From positions 1 through 56,770 of the IMG/VR virus record IMGVR_UViG_3300037423_000513: 56,770 nt of DNA; one strand, 5' to 3'. This DNA comes from a virus (taxonomy: Duplodnaviria; Caudoviricetes). Under the pieces are notes generated by a model that saw only the letters and a list, made by a program, of their open reading frames with translations, was not told the origin of the DNA and searched no databases. This document shows, in pieces, positions 18,515 to 27,440 of this stretch; the stretch's first letter is position 1; every line of letters starts with the position of its first letter. The translations under genes were made by a program, and so were the position numbers.

Positions 18515-19162
18515 TCACGTCCGTTTCTCCTTCGCACTGGCGGCGATAGCGGCGTCGAGCACTTGGCGATACTCACCCCATTGGCCCCAAGGCTCGCCGT
18601 CGTCCACCATTTGCCATTGTTCAATCTGTTTCTTCGTGTGGATGCGCCACCGCACCGACCAACGATGATTCGCAATAAGCCAGTTGATACGATCGGTATC
18701 CGCGCCAGCAGGCGCTGCCTGTGCAGCTTCCTGGCTGGGTGCTGGGGCGCGGCGGCGCAGTTCCTCAATGCTGGGAAATTCACGATCAAGGTATTCGTCC
18801 AAGCTCTCGCTCGCGCTTGCCGTGGTGGCCGCAGGGGTGGCGAGAGATTCGAATACTTTGCGCAGGCTCGGTACGCTGGTTGCGGACACCTGCACCGCGT
18901 CGAAACCGTACTTGCTCGGGTAGGTGTCGATACCATTGGCATGCAGCGCGGCGATGATCTGCTCGTCGGTCGGTGCTTCGGGCGCGGCTTGCCGGGTGAG
19001 TGCGGCGCGAGCTTGCCATGCGTCCCATCGGTCTTGGGTCACTTCGTCGAAGTAGTACCAGCCCGTTACGTCATGCTGCGCGCCATGTTTTTGCGCTTGG
19101 GTCAGTTCGGCCCATTCTTCAAATTTCGCCTGCTCGGTGACGCGCTGGTTCTGGTTATCCAT
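18515..19162 (-). CDS. Hypothetical early protein (mosaic)
   Basis: AKFEEWA...WDAWQARA and DTDRINWL motifs typical of lambdoid accessory proteins. Confidence 0.6.
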   Translation of the reverse strand: MDNQNQRVTEQAKFEEWAELTQAQKHGAQHDVTGWYYFDEVTQDRWDAWQARAALTRQAAPEAPTDEQIIAALHANGIDTYPSKYGFDAVQVSATSVPSLRKVFESLATPAATTASASESLDEYLDREFPSIEELRRRAPAPSQEAAQAAPAGADTDRINWLIANHRWSVRWRIHTKKQIEQWQMVDDGEPWGQWGEYRQVLDAAIAASAKEKRT

Positions 19163-19775
19163 TGTTCTGTCCTTTCTCTGCGCCAATGATTTTTGATTCG
19201 TAGCCGCTTGCGCGCTCTTTTGCCTGCTTCTGCGAGATGCCCCAACGCCGGCCAAGCTGACTTGCCGTAAGCCATTCGCCGTCTACGAGGTACTTTCGCA
19301 ACCCGCGCTTGTTGTTTGCCTGGGTTTCATCTGTAGCCCAAACACAGTTGCCCGGCTCGTAATCACCATTTACGTCAAGCCGCTCAATGGATGTGCCGGG
19401 AGGGCGAGCGCCCATATCAGCGATGAAGTTTTCAAACTCGCGCCAACGCTCGCAGACCTTGATGCCCCGAGCGCCATAGTCGGCGTAGGCCGATTTCTTC
19501 GGGTTTGTGCAGCGCGCTACCATATTCGCCCAGCACTGATGCTCCGACGAGCCGTGCATGCCATGCTTTGTCTTGATCCGTGCTGCCACCTCGCGGGCAA
19601 GGCAGCCGCAGCTTTTTGTCGCTCCACGAACGAGTCCGTCAGGATTAACAACATGCTCGTTGCCGCACTCGCACTTAACGATCCATGCGACCCGACCATT
19701 CAAGTCTTCTGCACGGCGGCGAAGAACAGTCAGCCGGCCGAATACGCGCCCCGTGAGGTCTTTAAGCGCGCTCAT
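19155..19775 (-). CDS. HNH-type homing endonuclease-like protein
   Basis: DLTGRVFGRLTVL, CECGN, KSCGC, YGARGIKVCERW, SIERLDVNGDYEPGNCVWA..QANN. Confidence 0.85.
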   Translation of the reverse strand: MSALKDLTGRVFGRLTVLRRRAEDLNGRVAWIVKCECGNEHVVNPDGLVRGATKSCGCLAREVAARIKTKHGMHGSSEHQCWANMVARCTNPKKSAYADYGARGIKVCERWREFENFIADMGARPPGTSIERLDVNGDYEPGNCVWATDETQANNKRGLRKYLVDGEWLTASQLGRRWGISQKQAKERASGYESKIIGAEKGQNNG

Positions 19776-21268
19776 TTGTCCTCCTGCGGGCGCGCAGCAT
19801 TGCGGATTGCCTCGGCGTTCTGTGCGCCAGCCGACTGTTCGCCGATCTCGATGCCAAGGTTGCGCACCAAGGCATAGTCGTATTCCACATCGCCCGGTTT
19901 CAGGCCAGCGAGCAATGCATCGCCCGATGCGCAGATGACTTGGTGCCTGGTAACGACTTGCGCGCCCACTCCTGCGTTCTGTGCGCCGGCCGGGGTGGCG
20001 AACTCGATTGCGTCCAACGCTTCCGACCAAGGGCAGTTCATGTTGCTGTGTTCGCCGATGTCCGCGCCGAAGTACTTGGCGATAGCGGCGGCCAGCTTAT
20101 CGGCCCACTCGGCGTTCGTGTCGCGGTCGCGCAGCGTTTGCTCCCACAGGTCATCATCTGTCGGGCGCGCCACGTCCTTCAGGCAGTGTTCGAACATCGC
20201 TTTCGCCTGATCGTCATTGAAAAGGTTTGTGCCGATGGGCCACAGAAGCGGGTCTTCATAGGGCGTGAACGAAATGCCACTATCTGGCGAGAAGTCCTTC
20301 GGCAGCCTCCAGCCGAGAAAGCGATTTACCGCCGCACGGATGTCGAGCACCGCTTTCGCCTTTTCCGGCATGGCGTTCTGTGCGCTGGCAGGAGCTACCG
20401 GAGCGGCGATCTTGGCGCGCGCATCCCACGCCAGTCGAGCCACGCCGACACCGCTGTAGTCGTTGGCGTGCCACCACTTGAAGAACTCGACTTCTTCGTT
20501 GATCGGCTCGGCCTGAGCCTGTCTTGCGAGGTGGGTTGGCACTTCCCCATGCGCGATCTGCACGACTTGGCCCATTGCTTCAGTGCCGCTGAGCGAGCCC
20601 ATCGCGTATCGCATGCAGATCTGCTGCAACGCGAGAAGCAAGTCGCCGCTCGGTTGCTCTGCTTTCGGTTGGCGTGCGAGGTGATCGACGATCAGGCGCT
20701 TCGCTTCCCAGTCATGCTCCGGAAGGTCGAAATGGCGCAGAATATCGATTACGGTCGCGCGCTGCGTTTTTGCTTCGTCATGCCAGCTCCGGACCTGCTC
20801 GATCAGATTCGCCTTCTCTGCATCATGCCGTGCGAGGTGCGCAGCAATCGCAGCGCGCTCGATGGCGCGGCCGACTGCCAAGCCCAAGCACGGGCCGAGC
20901 CCTTCTTTATGGCAAATTTCGACGATCTGCTCATCTGTCAGATCGCCGGCGCCGTTTTCTTCGCTCGTTATGCCGCCCTGGCGCGCTGCTGGCACCTGCT
21001 CCAGAATCGCCTGCACGCAGTCGAGGAAGTACCCGCGCTTGAAGGTGAGCGTGTCGCCTTCGGTGCGGCTGGCCCACTTCTCGCCGATCGCCAGGATCTG
21101 CTTGTCGGCAGAGGCTTTTGTTTCCTCGTCCCACTTCAGCGGCTCAGTCGGCAATTTGTCTTCGATGCGGCGCTTCTGATTCGTCATGTCTTCTCCAAAG
21201 GTCTCTAGGCGTGCTGTCTTGTATTCGGGGTATAGGGCATCAGCCGTGTAGCGAACGCGAGCAGTCAT
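19772..21268 (-). CDS. Mosaic hypothetical protein with internal short repeats
   Basis: Long ORF with recurring AQNA and HLAR linkers. Confidence 0.65.
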   Translation of the reverse strand: MTARVRYTADALYPEYKTARLETFGEDMTNQKRRIEDKLPTEPLKWDEETKASADKQILAIGEKWASRTEGDTLTFKRGYFLDCVQAILEQVPAARQGGITSEENGAGDLTDEQIVEICHKEGLGPCLGLAVGRAIERAAIAAHLARHDAEKANLIEQVRSWHDEAKTQRATVIDILRHFDLPEHDWEAKRLIVDHLARQPKAEQPSGDLLLALQQICMRYAMGSLSGTEAMGQVVQIAHGEVPTHLARQAQAEPINEEVEFFKWWHANDYSGVGVARLAWDARAKIAAPVAPASAQNAMPEKAKAVLDIRAAVNRFLGWRLPKDFSPDSGISFTPYEDPLLWPIGTNLFNDDQAKAMFEHCLKDVARPTDDDLWEQTLRDRDTNAEWADKLAAAIAKYFGADIGEHSNMNCPWSEALDAIEFATPAGAQNAGVGAQVVTRHQVICASGDALLAGLKPGDVEYDYALVRNLGIEIGEQSAGAQNAEAIRNAARPQEDK

Positions 21269-21831
21269 ATTGGCGCCTCAGGTTCGAGGCCCAAGCTCCT
21301 GCGCAGAGCGTGCAGTTCGGACGATCGCTTGTGTGTGCGCTCCATGTACTGCAGCAGCAAGGTTTGCTCCTCCATCGCGTGAACGCGCCACTGAACAGCC
21401 GTCATGCGCACCGGCTTCGGGTCGACGCGGTCGCAGTCGCAGCCGATCGACAAACCAATGTCTTCCATCAGGCGCGACTTCAATGCGCGGTATGCGGCAA
21501 CATCTGGGTTCCATGCCTGCAGGCGGGCGAGGGAGCCTTCGTAGCGTCGACGAAGCTCAGCCTTAGCGCGCTGGCCAGCTTCCCACTCGGCGCACCGTTT
21601 GGCGTAATCTGCGTCGCAGGCAACCTGTGCCGCGGCTTCGTCCATGCCTTCGAGCTCGACCAGGTACGCCCGCGCTTCCGCCAGTTCCGCAGCAAGCGGC
21701 GATTCGTCGTCGCTCACCACCAACGTGGAGCTACTCAGCCCCAGCTGCGAACCCAGCATCGTGGCACTTTGGAGCACGAACTCTTCGAACGTCACTCCCC
21801 GCGTAATCGCTCCTGCGCATCCTATTGGCAT
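21265..21831 (-). CDS. Hypothetical protein
   Basis: ORF coupled in the operon, GAGG RBS. Confidence 0.6.
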   Translation of the reverse strand: MPIGCAGAITRGVTFEEFVLQSATMLGSQLGLSSSTLVVSDDESPLAAELAEARAYLVELEGMDEAAAQVACDADYAKRCAEWEAGQRAKAELRRRYEGSLARLQAWNPDVAAYRALKSRLMEDIGLSIGCDCDRVDPKPVRMTAVQWRVHAMEEQTLLLQYMERTHKRSSELHALRRSLGLEPEAPI

Positions 21832-21848
21832 GGCATACCTCGTCTTTG

Positions 21849-22310
21849 TCAGGTGAAATTCATTAGTTGGTCAATCACGTTGTCCAGATCGTCCCTGGTG
21901 TAGTTACTTAGAATCTTCGCCAGGATCACGTTGATCACGGCGCTGTAAAGCTTGTCGAACTCGTCCTGCTCCATGTTCGCGAAGCTGATCGACTTGGCTA
22001 CCACGCGAACTTCACCCTTCAGGGTCATCGTTGTCTCGTAATAGCCGGCCAGTACCGTCACGTCGTTCCGAAACTGGTTGAAGTTCTTCGCGACCTTCTC
22101 GCCCTTGTAAGTGGCCTCGGTCGGCTCCCATGCTTCGTAGGCCAGGTTCAGCAGAGCAAAGAGCTTCTTGTGGAACTGGTAGTTCCGCATGCGCTTGACC
22201 TCTGCGCGAACCGGCGCGCCTAGCTTCAGGCCGGCGATGTACTCGGTCGCTTGTGGATCGCAGGGGATTAGGGCGCCACTCGGGGCCTTCATGAGCACGA
22301 TCATGGTCAT
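21849..22310 (-). CDS. DUF1367-family phage protein
   Basis: RNYQFHKKLFALL...AKSISFANMEQDEFDKLY signature. Confidence 0.8.
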   Translation of the reverse strand: MTMIVLMKAPSGALIPCDPQATEYIAGLKLGAPVRAEVKRMRNYQFHKKLFALLNLAYEAWEPTEATYKGEKVAKNFNQFRNDVTVLAGYYETTMTLKGEVRVVAKSISFANMEQDEFDKLYSAVINVILAKILSNYTRDDLDNVIDQLMNFT

Positions 22311-22531
22311 GGCGCCACTACCTCCCGCAGCGAAGCGACGTCCACGCGTGCCAGTCGCTCGGCCATCTCGACCATCGACGTGTCGAACGCTTCCGCCAGC
22401 ACGTAGAGCATTTCGGCGTCGGTCGGAGCATCAGCCATCACATCGGCCATGTCGGCCAGGCGAGGGTAGTCGCCATTGCGGGCGTCGCGCAGGAATTGCG
22501 CTGCCATTTCGTTTGCGTGGTCGAGGGTCAT
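22307..22531 (-). CDS. Hypothetical protein
   Basis: ATGA-coupled on both sides. Confidence 0.55.
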   Translation of the reverse strand: MTLDHANEMAAQFLRDARNGDYPRLADMADVMADAPTDAEMLYVLAEAFDTSMVEMAERLARVDVASLREVVAP

Positions 22532-23178
22532 GCTGCCTCCTGAAGCAGGCGCACATACTGCTGCACCAGGTTGTCGAACTGGCCGAGTCTCTCGACCATC
22601 GCGTCAATAAACTCCTCGTCGCGGAAGATGCGCTTGACGAACAGGTCCTTACCGACGGAGGCGAGATCGGGGACATACATGATGAAGTCGCACCATTTGC
22701 GTCCGGTGATCCAGAGTCCGCCCTGCATCTGGTGGTCGTATTCGGACGTATCGCCAGTCGCCCACATCGCGAGGATTTTGCTGCTGTCGATCGGTGCCTT
22801 TATCTCGATCAGGCCGTCATCGTCGACCAGGCCGTCGGTGCTGTAGCCGAAGATCTCGTCGTCGTTCAGGCAGATACCGGCCTCCGTGACGAACGACTGA
22901 GTACGGGCTTCGTAGTGCATGCGGGCCAAGGCCTCCATTTCGTGGCCGCGCTCGAGAACCCATGCCTTCGGCGGCTCGCCGTGCGGCTTTCCGCTAATGC
23001 GCTCGATGGCCAGGTCGCCGGCATAGCGTTCGGCTACCGCCGTCGGGTCACCGACATTGCGCGTCCCAGACTTCTTCTGGCAAACGCTTATGGCGTCGGC
23101 GAAGCATGAGGCGGTGATCTTGCCGCAGCGAGCGGCGAGCCATTCGGCGGTGCCTTGCGGGCATTCGATGAATTTCAT
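22528..23178 (-). CDS. YqaJ/lambda-exonuclease-family recombination nuclease
   Basis: QGTAEWLAARCGKITAS, STDGLV, EIKAP, QMQGGLW motifs. Confidence 0.9.
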   Translation of the reverse strand: MKFIECPQGTAEWLAARCGKITASCFADAISVCQKKSGTRNVGDPTAVAERYAGDLAIERISGKPHGEPPKAWVLERGHEMEALARMHYEARTQSFVTEAGICLNDDEIFGYSTDGLVDDDGLIEIKAPIDSSKILAMWATGDTSEYDHQMQGGLWITGRKWCDFIMYVPDLASVGKDLFVKRIFRDEEFIDAMVERLGQFDNLVQQYVRLLQEAA

Positions 23179-24179
23179 TCCGATGCTCCTGCAGTACGTT
23201 GATAGTCGGCGTCTTCGGAGCTCATGACAGGGGAGGGCTCGACGACCGGCCTGGCCTCGACATCAACCGTACGGGCAGCTTCCGCGGCGGCACGCAACTG
23301 TGCGCGGTGCGCAGCGATCGCTTCCTTGAGCTTCTTGTGGTCTGCCGGCTGGTTCGCCAGTTGGCCGTTGTGGGCCTTCCAGTAGTTCAGGGCGTCGGCG
23401 TCGGTCTTCGTGCGCAAGGCCTCGGCGATCATAGGAGCCACGTCGATCCAGTCATCCGGATGATCCTGCGCGAGGCCTTCGGCGTTCTCGCCATTCAGGT
23501 GCGTCATGGCGTCATCCAGGCGGTCAGTTTTCGGCCACAGCTTGTAGGCGCGCTTGATCACGGTCTTCTTGATCATTTCGCCTTCGTCGGTCAGCCAGGG
23601 GCAGGTGCTCACCTTCTTCTGCAGGTAGGCTTTCCAGGCTTCGGAGCGATCGCGGATGCTGTGCACGTCTTCGATCGACATTGCAGTAGTCAGGTAATCT
23701 CCGCTGTGCGTCTTGACGACGACATAGGTGCCAACGATATCGCCTCGGTCCTTTCCGAACGGGTTGAACACGTGCGTGGGCGCTTTGTCAAAGCCGTTCA
23801 GGGTGAAGCCATCGTTCTCGCGGACGATCTCGGCCTGGCCCCACAGGATCGAACCCGAGGCGACGGCCAGGTCGAGCAGGCCGATGTAGCTCAGATCCAG
23901 GCAGATTTCCATCTGACCGTTGACCTTGCGTGGGATCAGGTACGCCTGCTTACGCGCCGGGTTCAGGCTGATGCCGATCGCGGCGATATTCGTAACGGCG
24001 TTGATCACCGACTGGCGGCTCTGCATAGCCACCTTCAGCGTAAACTCGTTCTTCTGCAACTGCTGGATTGCGAAACCAGATTCCCGCTCGAAGCTGATGC
24101 TGCGGTCGACCAGGACACGGGAGAAGTCGTCACGCGCTTCTTGTATCGCTCCGGTCACGATTGCGAGGGCATTGCTCAT
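23175..24179 (-). CDS. recT: RecT-family single-strand annealing protein
   Basis: GISLNPARKQAYLIPR, SYIGL, EMIKKTVIKRAYKLWP motifs; paired with exonuclease. Confidence 0.85.
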   Translation of the reverse strand: MSNALAIVTGAIQEARDDFSRVLVDRSISFERESGFAIQQLQKNEFTLKVAMQSRQSVINAVTNIAAIGISLNPARKQAYLIPRKVNGQMEICLDLSYIGLLDLAVASGSILWGQAEIVRENDGFTLNGFDKAPTHVFNPFGKDRGDIVGTYVVVKTHSGDYLTTAMSIEDVHSIRDRSEAWKAYLQKKVSTCPWLTDEGEMIKKTVIKRAYKLWPKTDRLDDAMTHLNGENAEGLAQDHPDDWIDVAPMIAEALRTKTDADALNYWKAHNGQLANQPADHKKLKEAIAAHRAQLRAAAEAARTVDVEARPVVEPSPVMSSEDADYQRTAGASE

Positions 24180-24374
24180 CTGTCTTCTCCTTTTTGCTTT
24201 TGTTGGCCGTTAGCTTTGCTGCTGCCCGCAAATCAGGGCGGGCTTACCATCAGAACCACTGTGCAGATCAGCCCTAGGATCGTCAGGCCAGCCAGCTTCA
24301 CTTTTGCGACAAAGATTTCTGCCTCGGTTACTCGGACGTTTTGTGCGTGGTTCATGGCTTCCTCCTTGGTTGAG

Positions 24375-24581
24375 TTACCAGCCTTCGATCTGGCGACGCT
24401 TTGCGGTCAGTGCGATCTGGCGCTTACGCTCTTCCAGTTCCATCGGGATCGACTGCACGCGCATGACGTAGAAGTGGTCGGCGCGGTATTCGCAGCGGGC
24501 CAGCTGGCGGTCAGTCCACCAGAGGATCAGCGGCTTGGTGATCTTGCGCACCAGGCGGCGGGCGATGCGGGTGGCGATCAT
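24375..24581 (-). CDS. Hypothetical protein
   Basis: Coupled ORF in early-left operon. Confidence 0.5.
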   Translation of the reverse strand: MIATRIARRLVRKITKPLILWWTDRQLARCEYRADHFYVMRVQSIPMELEERKRQIALTAKRRQIEGW

Positions 24582-24886
24582 TGGGCACGCTCCGCTTCGA
24601 GATAGGCGGCCGGGTCATCGATGCCAGTCTCTTCATCGAACCAGTCTTCCCAGCCGGGCGTGCCTTCGCCATCCGAGTCGGAACACCAGCGGCGCAGTCC
24701 GCCGACGTTTGAATAGTCTGGCTTGATGTTGTGCTTAACCTGGAACAGGTCATAGTCAGCGAACACGGTCATCAGCTTCACACCTTCTTCGACACTTGCC
24801 ACGGAAACTTCGAAGCAGCCACGCATCCCGAGCTGCGGAATCCACCAGACCTGTAAATCGCCAACTTGATATTTTTGCTCGCTCAT
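24578..24886 (-). CDS. P22 gp17-like protein
   Basis: LQVWWIPQ...VASVEEG...DYDLFQ..NIKPDYSN matches my recollection of P22 gp17. Confidence 0.7.
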   Translation of the reverse strand: MSEQKYQVGDLQVWWIPQLGMRGCFEVSVASVEEGVKLMTVFADYDLFQVKHNIKPDYSNVGGLRRWCSDSDGEGTPGWEDWFDEETGIDDPAAYLEAERAQ

Positions 24887-24914
24887 CGCTGCTTCTCCTC
24901 GCTATCGTTGTTAG

Positions 24915-25101
24915 GTGTGGCAAACCGGGCTACCATCGCTCTCTCGTGAGTGGCGGCGGTCCTTACTACCCGCTCGCGCTTCCGGTCTGGGTACTAGCCA
25001 GACAGATCCAGTCATGCGGTTCACCACATTGAGTCGGACTGAGTTGGCCTATAAAACCGTAGGGTGCGTACGCCCCGCAGCAATCCGACTCAATGTGGTG
25101 A
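24915..25101 (-). ncRNA. Structured RNA: 18-bp perfect hairpin plus competing 12-bp stem
   Basis: TCACCACATTGAGTCGGA (25021-25038) / TCCGACTCAATGTGGTGA (25084-25101); second stem 25017-25028 with 24916-24927. Confidence 0.55.
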
Positions 25102-25128
25102 CTGGCTTACGACCAGTCAGGCGGCCTG

Positions 25129-25368
25129 CTACTGCTTGAATCGTGCAACTGCCAACTCGTATTGGCGGGAGTACTGCAGTTCGCGCTCGATGGCATTCAG
25201 CGCAATCTCTAGGCCGTCGTTGAGACCGTTGATGTACAGACTCTCGTGCTGATGAACGGCGTTGCGAGCGGCCTGCACGACTTTCTGGAGTGCTTCGAGG
25301 CGCTCGCTGGCAGCGGGCATGATCGACCCCTCGACGCGCTGCTGGCTAATCTGTGGTGTCACATTCAT
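25129..25368 (-). CDS. Hypothetical protein
   Basis: GGAGAGGAG RBS; YINGLNDGLEIAL motif. Confidence 0.6.
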   Translation of the reverse strand: MNVTPQISQQRVEGSIMPAASERLEALQKVVQAARNAVHQHESLYINGLNDGLEIALNAIERELQYSRQYELAVARFKQ

Positions 25369-25413
25369 GTTCTCCTCTCCTTGTCTGTTGAACTGCGCTC
25401 TATCGTTTCAGTC

Positions 25414-25526
25414 ACTAGAGCAAGGGGCTGGGCGCTACTCCGGCAGGACTTCCCGAATCGCTAATTGGCCAATTCGCTGCATCCAGGGACTCTCCGTTCC
25501 GACTTTTACGGTTCCCTTACTCTAGT
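25414..25526 (-). ncRNA. Long hairpin (possible RNase III site)
   Basis: 13-bp stem ACTAGAGTAAGGG/CCCTTGCTCTAGT with one G-U pair on the minus strand. Confidence 0.45.
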
Positions 25527-25659
25527 AACGCCGTCTAGTTCCGGCTGCCAGGCCTGCCACGCGCCCTAGAACCTGCTTTCGCAGGAGGATCAGGCTTCCA
25601 TGACGCACATGCCTGCCGGTGTTATCTGCCCCACTACCGGCTTGGGTCGAAAGCAAGAA

Positions 25660-25920
25660 CTACTCACCAACCACTGCTGCTGCACTTACTCGACGCTGAT
25701 ACGGCTTTGCTGGCGCCTCTGCGCGCATCGCCTTGTGTTCTTCCCAGGCTTCGGCCTGAAGCTCTTCGCTGGGCTGCATGTACTGCACGATGGTTCGGAT
25801 AACCCAATACTTCGCTTCTCGTTCCCACTGCGGGGCAGGGTGGTGCCCCAGGCGCATGTCATCGATCGTGTGGCGCAGTGCGCTGTCGCCGATGTGCTGG
25901 AGGCTCAAAACGACCTCCAC
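25660..25920 (-). CDS. Hypothetical protein
   Basis: ORF in early-left operon. Confidence 0.5.
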   Translation of the reverse strand: MEVVLSLQHIGDSALRHTIDDMRLGHHPAPQWEREAKYWVIRTIVQYMQPSEELQAEAWEEHKAMRAEAPAKPYQRRVSAAAVVGE

Positions 25921-26201
25921 TGGTGGTCATACTTCGCTGCGAGCATGTCGTAGGCGATGCGCTCGGCATTCGCTTCGCGCCGGGCTTCGTCGTACTGCAC
26001 GCGCTTCTCGACGTCGAGCCACAGACCCATTTCATCCAGCGCTTCGTCGTCGAGCAGGTAAGTGACGCTTACCTTCTTGCCGACCAGGGTAACGGTAGTG
26101 ACGACGTGTCCTTCGTCGGGAGTAGCGCGCTGGCCGTACAGGTCCAGCTTCAAGCGGCCATACTCGTAGCCGCTGTACAGGAGTTGTCCGAAGTCGATCA
26201 T
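25905..26201 (-). CDS. Hypothetical protein
   Basis: GAGG RBS, operon context. Confidence 0.55.
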   Translation of the reverse strand: MIDFGQLLYSGYEYGRLKLDLYGQRATPDEGHVVTTVTLVGKKVSVTYLLDDEALDEMGLWLDVEKRVQYDEARREANAERIAYDMLAAKYDHQWRSF

Positions 26202-26208
26202 GGCCGCC

Positions 26209-26346
26209 TCACCGTGCGCACTCGGGCGCCTTGCCGTTGATCAGATGCCAGCCAAGCTGGCGACGCACTTCGGCCGGAGTAGGTGGTGGCTTGTGTTCCA
26301 CCTGGCGCTGCTGCATCCACTGCCTGATCTGCTCTTTGGACGGCAT
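26209..26346 (-). CDS. Small protein, among the first genes after PL (MPSKEQIRQW...)
   Basis: AAGGGAG RBS; PPTPAEVRRQLGW motif. Confidence 0.55.
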   Translation of the reverse strand: MPSKEQIRQWMQQRQVEHKPPPTPAEVRRQLGWHLINGKAPECAR

Positions 26347-26536
26347 GACTAGCTCCCTTATTTGGCATTCAGCGTTTTGGAAACTTCTTGGTCGATGTGC
26401 TTGATCGTATTCACCAGGAGCCACCCGCTTACGGTTCCGAGGGCGATCCCAAGGAGGATCAGGAAAGCTATTTCGTATGCTTGTTTCATGGTCTTGCCCC
26501 ACTCATCCGGTACTACTGTTTGCGCTGCTGATGTGA

Positions 26537-26583
26537 CTAACTATACGCGGATGGATAGGAAAGTCAATACGCGGATGGATAGG
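26537..26583 (-). promoter_or_regulatory. PL promoter with two repressor operators
   Basis: -35 TTGACT (26562-26567) and -10 TATAGT (26540-26545) on minus strand; direct repeat ATACGCGGATGGATAG x2. Confidence 0.85.
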
Positions 26584-26873
26584 TTTCAAAAATATTTTTA
26601 GTGTGGTGCTGGCGCATCGTTCGATCAGGTGATCGATAGGACGAAAAATGAGAACGCCCCGGAAAGCTGGGCTGGAATGATGTGGATATGGAGTCGGGCG
26701 CCAGGCCTGGGGCGGCCTAAGAAGGAGAACTCAGCCGGCGCGGAAGCCAGCTAGACCGCTGGGGGCAATCTTCGGGAACGGTGTATTTCGAGCGAATTTA
26801 GCCCTGAATGATTATCACCAAAAGTCACTTTTGGCTAATATGTGCAGCGGTTTAGCATTCTAAATTATTGGTG

Positions 26874-26920
26874 TTGAAAAACTCTTCAGTTCATGTACAC
26901 TACTGTACATCCATACAGTA
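26874..26920 (+). promoter_or_regulatory. Sigma70 promoter with LexA box over the start site
   Basis: TTGAAA (26874-26879), 16 nt, TACACT (26896-26901); TACTGTACATCCATACAGTA (26901-26920). Confidence 0.8.
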
Positions 26921-27031
26921 ATCACTGGTGAAAAGCCATGTGTTGTGCGGTTACACAAAGAAACAATAGGCGCACAAACCTTATTGCTTTTGGAATAGAC
27001 TTGGTTACTGCGCAGGTGAAGATAGACGATG

Positions 27032-27262
27032 CTAAGGTGGAAGACGGTCCAGCACTTCTCGGATCAACTTCTTGAGTTCTTCGTTTTGTTTCTTTAATTC
27101 GTCAAGAGGAGAGGCCTGGAGCCGATAAAGGATTTCCGCATTCATGGTGCGACCGTTCCTTTCTGCGGCATCCTTTAACTCTTCACGTAGCGAACGCGGC
27201 ATGCGAACAGCTGATTGCACGTAGTCCCTTTGGGTTTGCTTTTTTGGGGGCGGTATCGTCAT
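27032..27262 (-). CDS. Arc-family ribbon-helix-helix regulator
   Basis: VRMPRSLREELKDAAERNGRTMNAEILYRL. Confidence 0.85.
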   Translation of the reverse strand: MTIPPPKKQTQRDYVQSAVRMPRSLREELKDAAERNGRTMNAEILYRLQASPLDELKKQNEELKKLIREVLDRLPP

Positions 27263-27440
27263 CGCCCAATTTTTGCACTTATGGAACAGTTTCTGTTCAA
27301 TATGTTTTCATACTGAAAACAGTAAGTGCGAAAAAATTTGGTTTCCTATTGGAATTGAGGGGTAATTACCCTCCTTTCCTAAAGATTGGCCTGTAGAACG
27401 AAACGTATAGTTACAAAGACCATAACCGAGCAGGTGCCTT

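Noticed and set aside
26537-26583. CRISPR-like direct repeats
   Set aside because: Only two copies with short spacing overlapping -10/-35 elements; operators explain them, and no cas genes are present
26938-27075. 45-codon ORF directly after the LexA box as the SOS target
   Set aside because: No clear RBS, atypical composition and overlap with arc; cannot be supported, though not excluded
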